DNA from: Camelus dromedarius | Taxonomy: Eukaryota | Assembly (NCBI RefSeq): GCF_036321535.1 | Contig: NC_087447.1 | Span: 37,760,001-37,824,000 of the forward strand | Reading direction: 5' to 3' | DNA: 64,000 bases | In this document: positions 1 through 13,659 of the stretch, piece after piece | Position numbering within the stretch: the first letter of the stretch is position 1 | How the letters are laid out: each line of letters starts with the position of its first letter | Translations under genes and position numbers: made by a program | Notes under the pieces: generated by a model | Told to the model about the DNA's origin: nothing | Databases searched by the model: none | The model's input: only the letters and a program-made list of their open reading frames with translations

Positions 1-425
1 GTGAAATAAGTCAGACAGAGAAAGACAAATACTATACGACCTCACTTATATGTGGAGTCTGAACATAATAGAAACAGAGGAGACTGGTGGTTGCCAGGGG
101 CTGAGGGTTGGGGAAAATGGGGAGATATGGTCCAAGGGTACACATTTTCAGTTATGAGATGAATTAGTTCTGGAGATTAATATAAGCATGGTGACTATTA
201 CTTAACAATATCATATTATACATTCAAAAGTTGCTAAGAAAGTAGATCCATAAAATTCTCACCACACAAATAAAAAGGTAACTATGTGAGGTGACAGATG
301 CATAACTAATCTTCTTGGGGTAATCATTTCACAATGAATATATATATATCAAATCATCACATTGTACACCTTAAACATATAATGCTATATGCAAATTATA
401 GCTCAATAAAGCTAGGGGATAAAAG
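1..425 (+). mobile_element. Old L1 (L1MA-type) 3' end/3'UTR fragment, truncated by window edge
   Basis: Typical L1 3' motifs: gtgaaataagtcagacagagaaagacaaata, ggttgccagggg, aaagttgctaaga, tgtacaccttaaac, ending ctcaataaagct. Confidence 0.8.
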
Positions 426-776
426 CAGAAAAAAAGGAGGCCTGGGCTCGGCCAGATACCCACAACCCGGCTGAGATAGTCTGTGGTCGACAAGAATACA
501 GGCTTTTCTGTGTGAAAGCTGCTGCAGAGGGCCTGCTTCCTGCCCTGACCTGCCTTCATATAACCAGGCACAGGGCTAGCACAGCCCCTCGCCGCTGTGC
601 CCGGGTCGGTTGGGGCTGCCCCAGGCTGAGAACCCTTCTCCCTTCCACAGTATAGGTATGTGGAGGCAGAAGCTGTCATCCTGATAGTTCTGCCATCTGA
701 TGAACACCACGACCCCCACCCCATGCAGTCCTTAGACTCCCCTTTCCAAAGTCAAAAGGTGGCACAAAAGAACAAA

Positions 777-1310
777 GGAAGATGTGGTATATTTATACAA
801 TGGAATACTATTCAGCCATAAAAACCGACAACATAACGCCATTTGCAGCAACATAGATGTCCCTGGAGAATGTTATTCTAAGTGAAGTAAGCCAGAAAGA
901 GAAAGAAAAATACCATATGAGATCGCTCATATGTGGAATCTAAAAAAATAAAATAAAATGAACATAAATATAAAACAGAAACAGACTCATAGACATAGAA
1001 TACAAACTTGTGGTTGCCAAGGAGGCGGGGAGTGGGAAGGGACAGACTGGGAGTTCAAAATTTGTAGATACTAACAGGCATATGTAGGATAGATAAACAA
1101 GATTATACCGTAGAGCACAGGGTAATATATACAAGATCTTGTGGTAGCTCACAGAGAAAAAAAAATGTGACAATGAATATATGTACGTTCATGTATAACT
1201 GAAAAATTGTGCTCTATACTGGAAATTGCACAACACTGTAAAATGACTATAACTCAATAAAAAAATAAAAAATAAAAAAGGAAACAGGAATTATAAAAAA
1301 AAAAAAAAAG
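777..1310 (+). mobile_element. Young 5'-truncated L1 (ORF2 C-terminus, 3'UTR, poly(A)) with target-site duplication
   Basis: Encodes [19 protein letters not shown] ORF2 end; A-rich tail 1256-1310; TSD aaaagaacaaa at 766-776 and 1311-1321; closely similar to the copy at 7286-7969. Confidence 0.9.
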
Positions 1311-1764
1311 AAAAGAACAAAAGTCAACAGCTAAGAAACCTGCAGCCTCATCTCAGCTCTGCCAACAACCAACTTTGTGAAATTCATCAAGGTTCTTAAA
1401 CCTCTCCATGCCTCCTTTTTCATATGCAAACTGGAAATAATAATATACCTGTGATGACCTGGCACAGTTGTTGTAAAGGCTGAAATACAATTCACAGATT
1501 ACACTGTTTTGTATCACTACAGAATATCATAAAATTAAGAGGGATTTTTGTTAGTCAATATAAGTCTATGGAAATAGGAGTCTCTTAAAAGACCCAAAGG
1601 AATGAAACTATAAAGGTTGGATTTCGGGCAAAGTGAAAAATGAGACCTGGGCCAGAATAAAAATCTGGAAGTTAGGGTCTTAAACAAAACTCCGGTTAGC
1701 ATTATGTAAGAAACCTGGAGTGTTATAGGACAGGTCTTCAGGAATTGTCTCTTCCAACCCTATG

Positions 1765-1870
1765 GTTTACGCAAAAGGAAACTAAGATTCAGAGAAGGCA
1801 AATATCTGGCCAAAGTCACAGAGCGAATTTGTGGCTAAACCCAGACTAGAATCCAAGTTCTTTCTTCCCC
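1765..1870 (-). mobile_element. MIR fragment
   Basis: ggaaactaagattcagagaaggcaaatatctggccaaagtcacagagc resembles the MIR core. Confidence 0.6.
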
Positions 1871-3899
1871 TCCTCTCCAGTTCTGCCCAAAACCTGGCCA
1901 ACTCTATGATGCACCTTCGAGAGCATGATGACCCCACACCTAAAGAAGACACCACTGCCTTCCCCAGGACATTCACTGATAGACGCCAAAGTTGGGCACT
2001 TATTTTCCAGTGTCTACAGGTTCAGTTTGCTGATGTGTATAACTCGCTCCCCTTTGTGTAGAAATCTCTCTGCCAATACCGTTGTACAAGACAAACAGAA
2101 TGTGTTGACCAAGAGCTTAAGAACCAATTGCTCCTCCAGCACCGACGCAGACCCTGGGGTCCTGGTTGGCAGAAGCTACAGCTCAAATCCCTCTGACTTT
2201 CCAGGAAACTGTCTCCAACTCAGCCCTACCGCTAGGGCCCTGAATGTGAGGAGGGAGGCACATCAAAGGACAGTTCTATCTGAAATCCTGTCATTAAGTC
2301 ACAGGCTTCTGCGTGCTATGAGGAGAAGACAGGACGTGTTCTTTAAAATGTGGCCTTCAGCTCCTTGGAACAGCAGGTGAGTGGGTTTGGTGACACCCCT
2401 AGGGGCCCAGCCTCAGGGCAGACCAAGCACAGGACTTACACCCCAAATATGGATCCCAGGTGTCCTCCTAGAGGCCATGAAGCCCCCCGTGGGCTGCTCT
2501 CTCAAGCCAGGCAGGGCTTTTTTCTCTTGCAGTGGCCTCAGGCCCAGGACACCTGGCCCCTCAGCACACCTGTCACCTCCCCGTCTCAGCAGATACCCTT
2601 GTGACAGCAGCCCCCATTACTCCCTCACATCCACAGCCCCTTGGCAAGGGCTGTGAGTATAACTGATGTAGAAATGGTCGCAGGCCAAGCCACATGAGTG
2701 ATCCAGGGCTCCCCCCACCCACAGGCAGCTCTTTCTGTCCCCACATCTGGCCCACTCCAACACCAGGCTAAGAGCAGCCTTGGTCCAGGTCAGGAGGGCA
2801 TCTGCTCTGTGTCGGGCTAGAGCCGGATGACAGAGAAGTAGATGCATAAAATGATTTCCTCTTTCTTAGAATTTCCTCTTCCACTGAAAGAGATATATAA
2901 AGCTATAATTAAATAAAACGTAGTAATTCCTCCAAGATGAGTTCAGATAAGATGCTTGACCTTTCTCTGCCACATAGGTTCTATATGGCCTTGGACAATT
3001 TATGCCCTTTTCTGGGCTTCCAATTTCCCATCTGTGAGAAGAGAGAGCTGTATTCGATAAGCTCCCTTCTGAATCTAATATTCCTACAATCCAAGGACCA
3101 CGCCCTCCTCCCTAAAGCTTCTAAAAGAGTCATTCATGGCCAGAGATCAGACCCAAAGCTCTCTTCTCCAGTCTGCTCTGCCCAGAACCCTGGCTGCTCT
3201 GTGTTCTTTGCTCAGATACAACTTCAAGTTACAGGAGACATCTGGGGTTTGAACCAGTGGCAGCCACTCAGATCACCTGCTGCTTCTGTTAGCCACTATT
3301 AGCCCCACATCACCGCATCCCGGCCTGCGGTGCTTCTGGGGGCCACTTCAACATTCCCCCCAACCTCAGGGGCATTGCTGGCCATAAGGCCAAGAAGGCT
3401 TACACAAGGCAATTGTCTTCTTGCTGACCTCCCAGCTCCCAGCCCATTCTGATGTTAATTTCAGCCTCTTAAAACACAGCTCTCATTGTAACATCTCCTT
3501 GAAATTCTGTCTCCCTGATGTCTCTCAACTTAGGTCTGAACTCTGTAACCTGGTATTCATGACTCTCCAGATGCTTTTCCAGCCTCCCCGCCTCTTGTGG
3601 CCTTACTGAACTGTCCTCCTCAACACGTCCTGTTATGTTCATGCTTCAAAGCAAGTTCCCTGCTATTCTTCAGCACTGATTTGTCCCCATGTGTCAAGAT
3701 TCAACGTAAATGTGGCCTCTTCCTGGAAGCTTACTCTGACCTTCCCAGACTACAGGACACCTAGAATACTGAGATGCTGACTGTTCCTCCCCTTAATATT
3801 CACATAGTGTTGCCCTTTCACTGCTTCCTGGCCTCTGTTTAAATATCTGCATATCAGAGAGAATCTCTTGACCTGGTATAAACATACAATTCCCCTCCC

Positions 3900-4135
3900 A
3901 CTCTTGGAACCCCCTCACCATTCTTTATATTTTTCCACAGCTCTCAGCACTATTTTGCATATATCAACCTGTTTACTGTCTGTCTTCCCACAGCAGAAAG
4001 CAAATTCTACACAGGCAGGTGTTTTGCTCACTGCTGTATCTCCAGTGTCTAGAACAATGCCTGGCACAGAATAGGTACTAAGTAGATAGTGGTTGAAAAG
4101 AATGAATGAGGGAGGGAATGAGTGAATGAGTCTGT
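3900..4135 (+). mobile_element. L2 3' end
   Basis: tgctgtatctccagtgtctagaacaatgcctggcacagaataggtactaag...gaatgaatgagggagggaatgagtgaatg is the typical L2 terminus. Confidence 0.8.
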
Positions 4136-5544
4136 AACTCAGATCCTTGGCACCTTCGGTCATTTTTCCAAGATACTCTCTATCTGACATGACAGCCATT
4201 GTCCTATGTCTGGTCAGCCCCAGCCCTGTCCAATGTCGTGGCAGATGGACAGCACACATTCAAGGGGGCTCTTTGTAAATGACAAACCTCAGAGAACTAA
4301 AAGAGCAGCTTCTGGAGAGGCGGGGCCAAGATTAGTCTACTGCCTGCTTCCTAAATGCCACATTTTAAATCCCACTGTCCCTCCCTCTCCCTAGCCTCTC
4401 TGCAAATTCCACAGGGTTAAAAGGGCAATCCTGGTAGAAAACGAAGAAGAAAACAGAAGCATCCTCTTTTCCACGGTGGGGCTTATAGCGAGCTGTATTT
4501 CTCTATCTCCTTAGAGCCTGAGCCCCAAACACTTCTGCAGAACCCAGCTATCAGCTTTTACCTGTCTGATCAAGGAGCGTAATTCCTAACTTCTCATCAC
4601 CGCTGAAAGAGGGGCAGGACACTAGAGAAGCAGAAGGTGAAATAAAAGGAGTAATTAGTGTCTCCCTCCCTCCCTGTTAACACTCAGTAAGCACAGACGG
4701 CCCTCGACCAGCACAGTGACGTCTCCTTATCATGATGTTTGTTGCCTCACATGGGCTCCTGAGCTGTGAGGACACATGAAAGAGGGATGAAGGAGACAGG
4801 GTGTCAGGGTGACTCAGCAGCCTTGAGTCCTGCTACAGATCCAACATAAACTCTTGTTTGTGGATAGACAGGTGGATGCTGGGTGGGTTGGTTGGTAAGT
4901 GACTGAGTGAAGGTGAAATAGATATTGAATCAGTGAGTGAGGAACGCAGGAGTGAGTGAGCCGGAGTGACAGAATGGGCTCTCCATCCTAGAGTGACTGG
5001 CATCTTTGCAAGGACAGCTCACTAGGCTTCGTAAATGGTCTCTGAATTCTCTTTTGGGCCTATGTCTAGTGCAGTCTCAGGGATGGGGAGGAGGTTGACA
5101 AGTCCTGACTGATGTGAATCATGCAAGTAACTCTCAAGATCCAAGAAGCCTTCATAAATGTTTATAAAGATCCTTCATACAAGCAGCCAAGAAACGAAGT
5201 CAGGACCACCTGGAGGTCCCTCAGATCTCCTGTATCTGCTACAAATCAGAGAGGGGGTTACAGCTTAGGGATGCCATGTGACTTAGCTGTTTTCTCCAGG
5301 AGCTCCTTAGACTCAGCCAGGAATTAGATGTCACCTATCACCAGTCCACCAAAGCTCCCGAATGACTATCTAATTTGTTTGCCCAGAAGATAGTAAGATG
5401 TTTGGGGGGCAGACATGTGGCTGTCAAGGCACCTCAAATGCAACATGTCCTAAAATGAATTAGCTCTCTCTCCCCAAATATACTCCCCTAGAATGTTTAT
5501 TCTACTGAGTGGTACCACCATCTATCTGGTTGTTCAGCTGACGA

Positions 5545-6300
5545 AACTTCATTCATTCATTCATTCATAAAACAAATATTTGTGGCATGTGTCAGTAACA
5601 CACTATCTACTAGGATAAAGTAATGAGCAAAACTCATCACCAAAGAGGAAAAATAAGCATTAATTATCATGAAATAACTGCAAATAAACATAAAATCACA
5701 ACCACGATAAAGTCTTGAAGAAGGTACATGGTGTTGTAAAGCCTTTAAAATGGGATTTGACCTAATCATGGAGGCCATGGAAGTGACAGGTGAGCTGAGA
5801 ACTGAGACATAAGTAGGAATTCAGTCAATAAAGACATGAAGGAAGAGCATTCTAAGCAGAGGAGCAGCAAATGCAAAGGCCCAGTGGCAGGAGGAGCCTG
5901 ACAAGCCCGAGGGACTAAGACAAGGCCAGGAGAGAGAGCAAAGGGAGAGCTGGGTAGGAGGATGTAGGAGACGGCAGCAGGGGTCAGACAAACAAGACCT
6001 TTGGGGTTTATTAAAGAGGTTGGTCTTTACCTTATGATCAATAGGAAGCAACTGAAGTACTCTCAAGGAGGGAAATGACATGAATGGAGTTGAAACGCAC
6101 TCTGGCTGCTGTGTGAGAGCAAACTGGAGGGAGCCAGCGTGGATCTAGGTGGACCAGTTAGGAGGCTCTTGTAGTACTCCAGAAAGATGAAAATGGGGCC
6201 TTGAACTAGAGTGATACTGGTGGAGACAGAGAGATGTGACAGATGTGGGAGAGATTTTCAAAAGCACATCAACAAGACATGGTGGTAGACTGGATATGAA
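5545..6300 (-). mobile_element. L2 fragment
   Basis: Starts with (ttca)n cattcattcattcattcata and continues with typical antisense L2 sequence (gcaaaggccc...ggagccagcgtgga...ggaggctcttgtagtactccag). Confidence 0.75.
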
Positions 6301-6379
6301 TTAATTAAAAATGCATGTGTCCATAGTAATGAAAGAAGGAAGGAAAGAAAGAGGGAAAGGGGGAAAGAGAGAAAAGAAG

Positions 6380-7270
6380 AGGGGAAAGATCTTTCCTATG
6401 GTAGAATGCCAAAAATAAATACAGAAGAAATGATGGACTCAAAAGTATCAATGATGATAGAATTAGTGAGTAAACTTTTGATAAGGAACTGGATATTTAC
6501 ATAACCTCAAGGCATCTCTCCACAAATTATTTACTAATTTCGAGAAAAATAGTAACTTCACAGTGGAGGAACTGGTGAACATCACTTAAGCAAGTGACGA
6601 AGGCGTCCATCACCAGCATTGGGACCGTCCCCGCAACCTGTGCTTGCGCCGTGCTGACCTCCCTGCAGCGGGGTTCCTGCCCAGCAGGCACAGCTTGAAT
6701 CCCATTGTGCAGAACCATCAGATAAGCCCTAACTGAGGGCTAGTCATCATAATTACTGGCCAGTACTATTCAAAAACATAAAGGTCAAGAAAGATAAAGC
6801 AATAAAAAAATTTTAAAAATTCAAAAAGATAAAGCAGAGGATCTGCTCTGGATTAAAGGAGACTAAAAAGATATGACAACTAAATGCAGTCTATGGATTG
6901 GACCATGAATGGGGCGAGGGAGACAGGAGAGCTTTAGAGACATTATTGGGACAGAATTGTATGTGTTAAGAAAATATCCTTGTTTTAAAGAAATACACAC
7001 GTAAGTATTTACGGGCAAAGAAGCATCATGTCTCCAGTTTACTCCTAAATTGATCAGAAATATGTATATTTTATATGTATTCATGTATATACATATACAT
7101 AATAAAACCATAAATATATTATTATAAGTGAACAATAAAGTATAAATTATATAGGTAATTAAAATATACATAAATAATAAAAATAAGATATTTTTATATT
7201 ATTGGAGAGAGAAGAAACAAAAACAATGAAGTAAATGGAGTGTCTTGTAATCAATTAAGGGACATAGATA
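6380..7270 (+). mobile_element. Old L1M (L1MC/MD-like) 3'UTR fragment, interrupted by the younger L1
   Basis: ttatttactaatttcgagaaaaatagtaacttcacagtggagga...attaaaggagactaaaagatatgacaactaaatgca resembles old L1M 3'UTR. Confidence 0.6.
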
Positions 7271-7285
7271 AAAGAATTTCTTTTA

Positions 7286-7969
7286 GACTAGGAATAGACT
7301 TACCATATGACTCAGGAATCCTGCTCCTGGGCATATATCCAGAAGGAACCCTACTTCAGGATGACACCTGCACCCCAATGTTCATAGCAGCATTATTTGC
7401 AATAGCCAAGACATGGAAACAACCTAAATGTCCAACAACAGATGACTGGATAAAGAAGATGTGGTATATTTATACAATGGAATACTATTCAACCATAAAA
7501 ACCGACAACATAACACCATTTGCAGCAACATGGATGCTCCTGGAGAATGTCATTCTAAGTGAAGTAAGCCAGAAAGAGAAAGAAAAATACCATATGAGAT
7601 CGCTTATATGTGGAATCTAAAAACAAAACAAAACAAACAAACAAACAAACAAAGCATAATTACAAAACAGAAAGAGACTCACAGACATAGAATACAAACT
7701 TGTGGTTGCCAAGGGGGCAGGGGGTGGGAAGAGATAGACTGGGATTTCAAAATCATAGAACAGATAAACAAGATGATACTGTTTAGCACAGGGAAATATA
7801 TACAAGATCTTATGGTAGCTCACGGAGAAAAAAATGTGACAATGAATATATATATGTTCATGTATAACTGAAAAATTGTGCTCTACCCTGGAATTTGACA
7901 CAATATTATAAAATGATTATAAATCAATAAGAAATGTTTTTAAAAAAATGATCAATATTGCTGGGAAAA
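7286..7969 (+). mobile_element. Young 5'-truncated L1 with ORF2 C-terminus and 16-bp TSD
   Basis: ORF 7240-7620 contains LPYDSGILLLGIYP...[40 protein letters not shown] (L1 ORF2 C-terminal domain); TSD aaaagaatttctttta at 7270-7285 and 7970-7985. Confidence 0.93.
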
Positions 7970-10900
7970 AAAAGAATTTCTTTTATCAGCAAATTTGTAT
8001 AATTTGATATGACACCAAAATTGAAGGTGATATAAAATTGTTTTTATGTTTGCTGAGTGAATAAGTGAGCCCATATCCAACCATGACCCTCCCCTGCTTA
8101 AAATACCTCAGCAGCTGCCCATAACTGTCACGATAAAAAATCCAAACACCTCAGAACAGCCAGCGAGGCCTGACATCCACCGATAGCCCTTTATAATGTC
8201 TCCCATCTCTCTCTCATCCCTACTGACTGGTAGACTCATTGCCTAAAGTTCCCCAAGCTCACCACACTAGGCAACACCTCTGTGCTTTAGCATGTGCTGG
8301 TCTTGCAGCCTCTTATCCTCCTGGAAACTTCCTGCGATCTTTCAAGTTCCAGACCAGGAATTCTCACCTCTGGGAAGGCCTCTCTGATCGTCCCAGTTGG
8401 GGGTGATACTTCCTCTTCTGACACATCAACACCGCCAGTACCTGCTGTGATCATGTCCCACAGACAGCCTGTCTCTTTTTGGCCACAAGCCTGTCTTGCC
8501 ACCCTGTCTTTTTGCTGCTTGAGGCCCGGGATGTTCCTGACTCACCTGGATGCCCAGGGCTGTGCACAGGTCCCAGCACATCACAGGATGTGCAGCATGA
8601 ATGTGTGAAGAATAGTGACTAAACTTTCTGCATCCTCCAAGAGAGCCCCCTGACTTCAGTCTCTTTCCCTATCCTCGAAAAATACAGAAGAATAAGGGAA
8701 ATTAGTTCTTCTTTAATTTTACACACAAAGAAATTGAGGCCCAGAGAGGGTATGATAACACAATGTACCCAGAGGCTGAGCCAGAGCTGGAATCTGGACC
8801 TGTTGCCCATCAGCCATGCTCTTTCCCAGAAGGCAGGTGGAACAAGAGGGAAGAACACATATAGCCTTTACGGTTCACCTGCTCTACGCCAGACACAATG
8901 CTTCCCATAAGGTTTCCAGTTCGGGCATCACCATTGCATTATAAGGAACCCCTTTTTACAGACATGGAAGGAAACCGGTTCCAAGTGAGATCTGCCTGAC
9001 GGCAAAGCTCTTTTCTCCACATGCTGCCGGGATGCGCAGCCCACCCCTGACCCTCCAGCAGAGGCAACAAGTCAGCCTGAGTCAGTCGTTCTGCCCCTCA
9101 ACCAGCACCGCACACAGACCCACAACGCGCAGCCCACACCCCTCAGACCGCAGGCTACATTTCACATGGTTTCCAAACCCAGGATATTTGGTTTGTAAGA
9201 TAAAACCTCCACTTCTCCAGCAGAAAGTGAACACTATACACCAGTACCCAGCCAAACTGCTGACGCCTACAGACGCGGCCTCACACCGAACGAGGTCTGG
9301 TCTGCCCAGAGACGTCCTCAGAAGATCCAGGACTCCCCCAGAGCTTGGCACTGAGGGCACCGTGGAGCTGCAGGAGGAAGACAGGCTGGCTGGATCACAG
9401 TGTCTGGGTGGAGGCTCAGTTCCCAGGACAGAGACTGCTCCAGGGAAGAAGCAAGCCACAGAAGCCCACCCCAAAGGAGTGGCTGGCAGGAGCTGGTGGG
9501 GTGGGGAGTGGATCTCTGCCCAGCCCGGAGGCCTTCCCCACCCCACCCCGGCTTCCCACAGAGTAGCAGTCCCCGTCTGAAGCTGGAAAGGCTTAGGATG
9601 CTGAAGACACTCAGGTCCTACAACCAGAGAAGCAGGCCCTCAGCCCTTCCCCAGTTGGCCCAAAGGGCTGGATTTTTCTGCTTTCAGGGCCTTTGAACCT
9701 GGGAGTGGTCAGTGGACCACAGACCACAGAGTCTTCAAAGACTCTGGCATCAGACAGACCTGGGATGGAATTGTTGCTGGCTCTGACCTTGGGCTAATCA
9801 CTTAGCCTTGCTGTGTTTCAGTTTCCCTACCTTGAAAATAGTGGTGCCTGTATCCCAGCATTGTTCCAGAGGTTTCTTAAAACAAGAGATGCAAAGCACC
9901 TAACAAGGGAGTTGGCCGTTAGTAGATACTAAACCATGAGAGTAACCGTGAGTAAGCCTTTCCCCACAGAAGTTCTGACCATCTCACCGATGTTTTCTTA
10001 CTGGACTTTAAACCTGTTTTCACTTGGTTGAGCTTAAAGTCCAGGGAACAACCAGAATCCTCAGCAGAGATGTAATCAAATCTAAGTCTTACCTTTTTGA
10101 GTTGGCATTTACCTGGGAAGGAACAAACCTCTCACCCTCACCAACCCACCAGCACATCACCTGCTTCCTGGCATTTCCTGGGGCCTCAGGCCAATGATTC
10201 CCTCTTCCTGCTTTGTAACCAAATGCTTCTGGGAGGATTAGTCTTGGAGGTGGGCAGCAGCTGCCAGCGTCTGGTAACTTAATGCATACTGAGAAGCAAG
10301 ATTCCAGCACAGGACCTGAAAGCCCACCGTCAGAGCCCTTCTAAGTAATCTTTAGCGCTAAGCATTGCCCCCCCCCACTCTTCCCCTTTGCAAATATTAA
10401 TAGCCTTGGGCAGGCTAAAATAATTAGTCTTGGAGTAAACTAGTTAGGTGTTTCGCCAAATTTGCAGTGTGGCTAGAGCCCTGCCCTGCATTCAGATGAA
10501 CCTGGTGGCAAACATCCCTTGCAGGTAAGAGGTGACAAATGACTTTCTGACCATGTGGCAGACTTGAGAGCTCCTCATGGGGAAAAAGAAGAAAGTGAGC
10601 ACTAGCTAATGGCCTCACAGATCCAGGAGAGGGGGAGGAAGAGTCCCCTGCCTCCACCATGTGTGTCTCTCCACGCTCCAAAGGCCCCACTCCTCATCCT
10701 GATCTCCTGCTGCAGAAGGGCCATCCGTGATCAGAGACCTTGTAGTCCACACTGAGGGAGGCATAGCTCAGGTCCAAGAGACACAGACCTCCCAGCAGAG
10801 CCCTGGGCCTAGGCGGGGTCACATGAAGAAGCAGTGGCCATGGGGCCAGGGCCAGGAGTAGGGCAGGGGTCAATCTCCTTCGAACACACAGACACTCATG

Positions 10901-12167
10901 CTTTTGAGAAGGGAGAAGCTGGCAGCTGAAGCAGTCAGAGCCGGGGGCATTTATCAATGGCCCAATTCATTCTCAACAATCCCCATTGTCTGAGCCAGCA
11001 CAGAATGGGCATTATCTCCCAGAGCCGCTAGGAAGAAAAGCCCCAAGACATGGTCACTAATCAGAGCCCAAAGATTCAGAAGCCAAAATTGAGACATATG
11101 GTTTGAAAACCAGATGAAATATTTTAAATTGGAGATGTCCCTCCAAAACCCATGCAACACGGTTCTCATCCTTAGAGACTAATAGAATGTTTAACTGTTG
11201 GTTGTTCATTTATTTATTCTGATCTCTTTCTATAGAGGAGGTAGGAATTTACAGTTAAAGATGTACATCCTATAAAGTTGTTAAAGCAGAAATTAAAAGT
11301 CAAAGTCATGGTTCCAATGAATACAGTTACTACGATGAAGCAATATGGTGAACAAAGAGTTTCCTAGGAGCCAGAGTAAGAAGAGAAACACAGAATAAGA
11401 AGGTTATATCATGAGCTCAGGAGTCACTCAGACTTGTAGAACCCCTTGAACACTCAATTTCCTTGTCAGAAAAAAAAAGGGGGACTATTAACCTAGTAAG
11501 GTTGTTGTGAAAAGTAAATGAAATAAAACATGTATTAAAGAGTCAATAAATGGTGGTTGTTATTACTACCATTTTTCTGTTGTCTGATTTCTCTTCTTTA
11601 AACTGGAACCATGTTAACATAGTGGGGTTGCCTTGATGTTCTATGATTCCTAATTGTTGCTCTAAAATTCTGATTGGCAGGTATATGTATTTGATGAATT
11701 TAAAAATACGAGGACAGTCTGGGGCGAAGTCACGGTGGATACCCCAGTTTTCCAGAGTCTTTTCCTGAGTCCTGAGGTGGTTGGGGGCCCCCACAAACAA
11801 GAAGGCTAGGGAAGGCAAGCACACTTCCTTCCCTCACCACCTTTACTCTGTAAAAGGCTGCCAGGCTGACCACAGCCTGCCCGTATTTAACCATCCCTAA
11901 GGGTCAGGTGGAGGATCAGGCCAAAGGAAGGCAGATTCCAGCACCTCCTTAGGAAATGGCTGAAGCCCATCTACTCCCTTGCGTATCAGGGGAGTTGGTC
12001 AAGTGACAACTCAGGCACTCCTTAGACCAAATAATAAACACTAAGGAAGACGTAGTCAATATCACCTTTTTAACTTCACAACTGAAGGGGCCCATTTAGT
12101 GAGGGCGTTTCACTAAAGCCTGTCCACGGGAGAATGGCCAGGATGGGAGAAGTCAAGAAGCCGTTAA

Positions 12168-12192
12168 CAGCAGCAGCAGCAGCAGCAGCAGC
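12168..12192 (+). repeat. (CAG)8 microsatellite in INSC intron 1
   Basis: cagcagcagcagcagcagcagcagc read directly. Confidence 0.9.
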
Positions 12193-13659
12193 TAGCTGAT
12201 AGTTTGGGACACTGACTCTTCCAAGCACTCTTTAGTGTGTCCCCTGTAGTCCCCAGGGGGAGGAGGTCAGGGAGAACAAGATTTGGTCAAGAAAAGAAAT
12301 AGCCACTAGGATGGAGCAAGGCAAAGGCTATCCCCTCCAGCCTCGGCTGCAGATGGGAGACTCAAAACAGGATTGACTAAAACCAAAGAGAAGGAAATCC
12401 GCCCAGCTCAGCTCCCAGTTCCTCCCTGTCAAATGATTGCTTGAGCCCAGCCCACAGAAGCTGCTGCTTTTGTGCCGCAGGGGGATTCCAGAGTATCAAC
12501 TAGAGCCCGGAGCAAATTACAGGTGCTGAGCTCTGCCTCAGATCCCGATACCAGACTGGCCCAGCTTGCCGTGCCAGAAGTCTTTTCACTTCTAAGAGGG
12601 TAAGGCTACTCCAAGAGCAGCCTTAATTCCAGATTAGACGGGACACTCTGAAGGCACTCTGTCAACATCTTCCCTGACCCCCCAGCAGAAGCCCCTGACT
12701 TGAGATAATTCCTACTAAAGCCAGTTTCTTAGACTTGTCCAAGGTGCCCTATGTAGGCTAAGGGAACTAAAGGGGACCTAAGAGGCTGAGAATGGGTCAA
12801 GCCAGGGGTGCATATTTGTGCATATGTAGATTTTACACTCAGAGGTGCCTGTTGCATACCTGTCACTGTCCTCAGGTGTATGTGTTGAAATATTTGCTTG
12901 GATGTCCTGAGACACAGTATGTGTGAGACTGGCGTGGGTGGCAAGAAGGTGTGCACACATGAGCAGATGTGAGCATGTGGGTGGAGGTGTCCTGTGAGTG
13001 TTTGTGAGTGGGCATGGTGGTGGGGTCTGCTCGTTCCCTGGTCCTCCTGTCTCCTCCTGGCATCACAGTGGGGTCTCCCCCAAGCTGTCTCCCCTACCCT
13101 GGTCAGCAGGCTGAGCTTGCTCAGAACCCCATTCACTCCAGTGTTGGTGCTGAGCTCCTGTCCTGCTCAGAGTCCTGAGAAACCAAAGCTGCATGACCCA
13201 CGGAGAAGACACCCCAACTGTGGACAAGTCTGGTCACCTTAGAAAGTGAGTACAGATAACACTCCTTTTCCAGGGGCCACTGCCTTCATCAGCTCACTCA
13301 CACACATCCAGCCATCCACACATGCACTCGCTCAGCTCTGTGGAGCCTGTCTACCACACACACTTGAGTCTGCACTTCTGAGAGCGCAGACTCAGTTCAC
13401 GTGGGACAGCGTGTCCCCCTCCAACACACAAGCCACCTGTGGGCACACTTAAGTCCACCACACACACACTGACACACTGTCTCAGCCACGTTCACACCCT
13501 AAGACATATGCTAGAAAGTTCCACATGCTCACATACGGGCCCAGACACATTTCCTCCCACAGGTGCTCTTTCCCACTTACAAACACTCACACTGACACAC
13601 TTAGACCTGCTACCCAAAGAGTCACAAGCATGCTCTGTCCCAGACTGGACTGGGCACAG

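Noticed and set aside
7240..7620. 126-aa ORF with real protein similarity
   Set aside because: It is the C-terminus of a truncated L1 ORF2, not a host gene
9032..9696. Cluster of overlapping ORFs up to 182 aa
   Set aside because: No similarity to INSC or any protein I recognise; intronic GC-rich sequence
1..13600. Search for INSC exon 2 (MMALPGG...) and later exons
   Set aside because: Not found by eye; intron 1 is expected to run past the left edge
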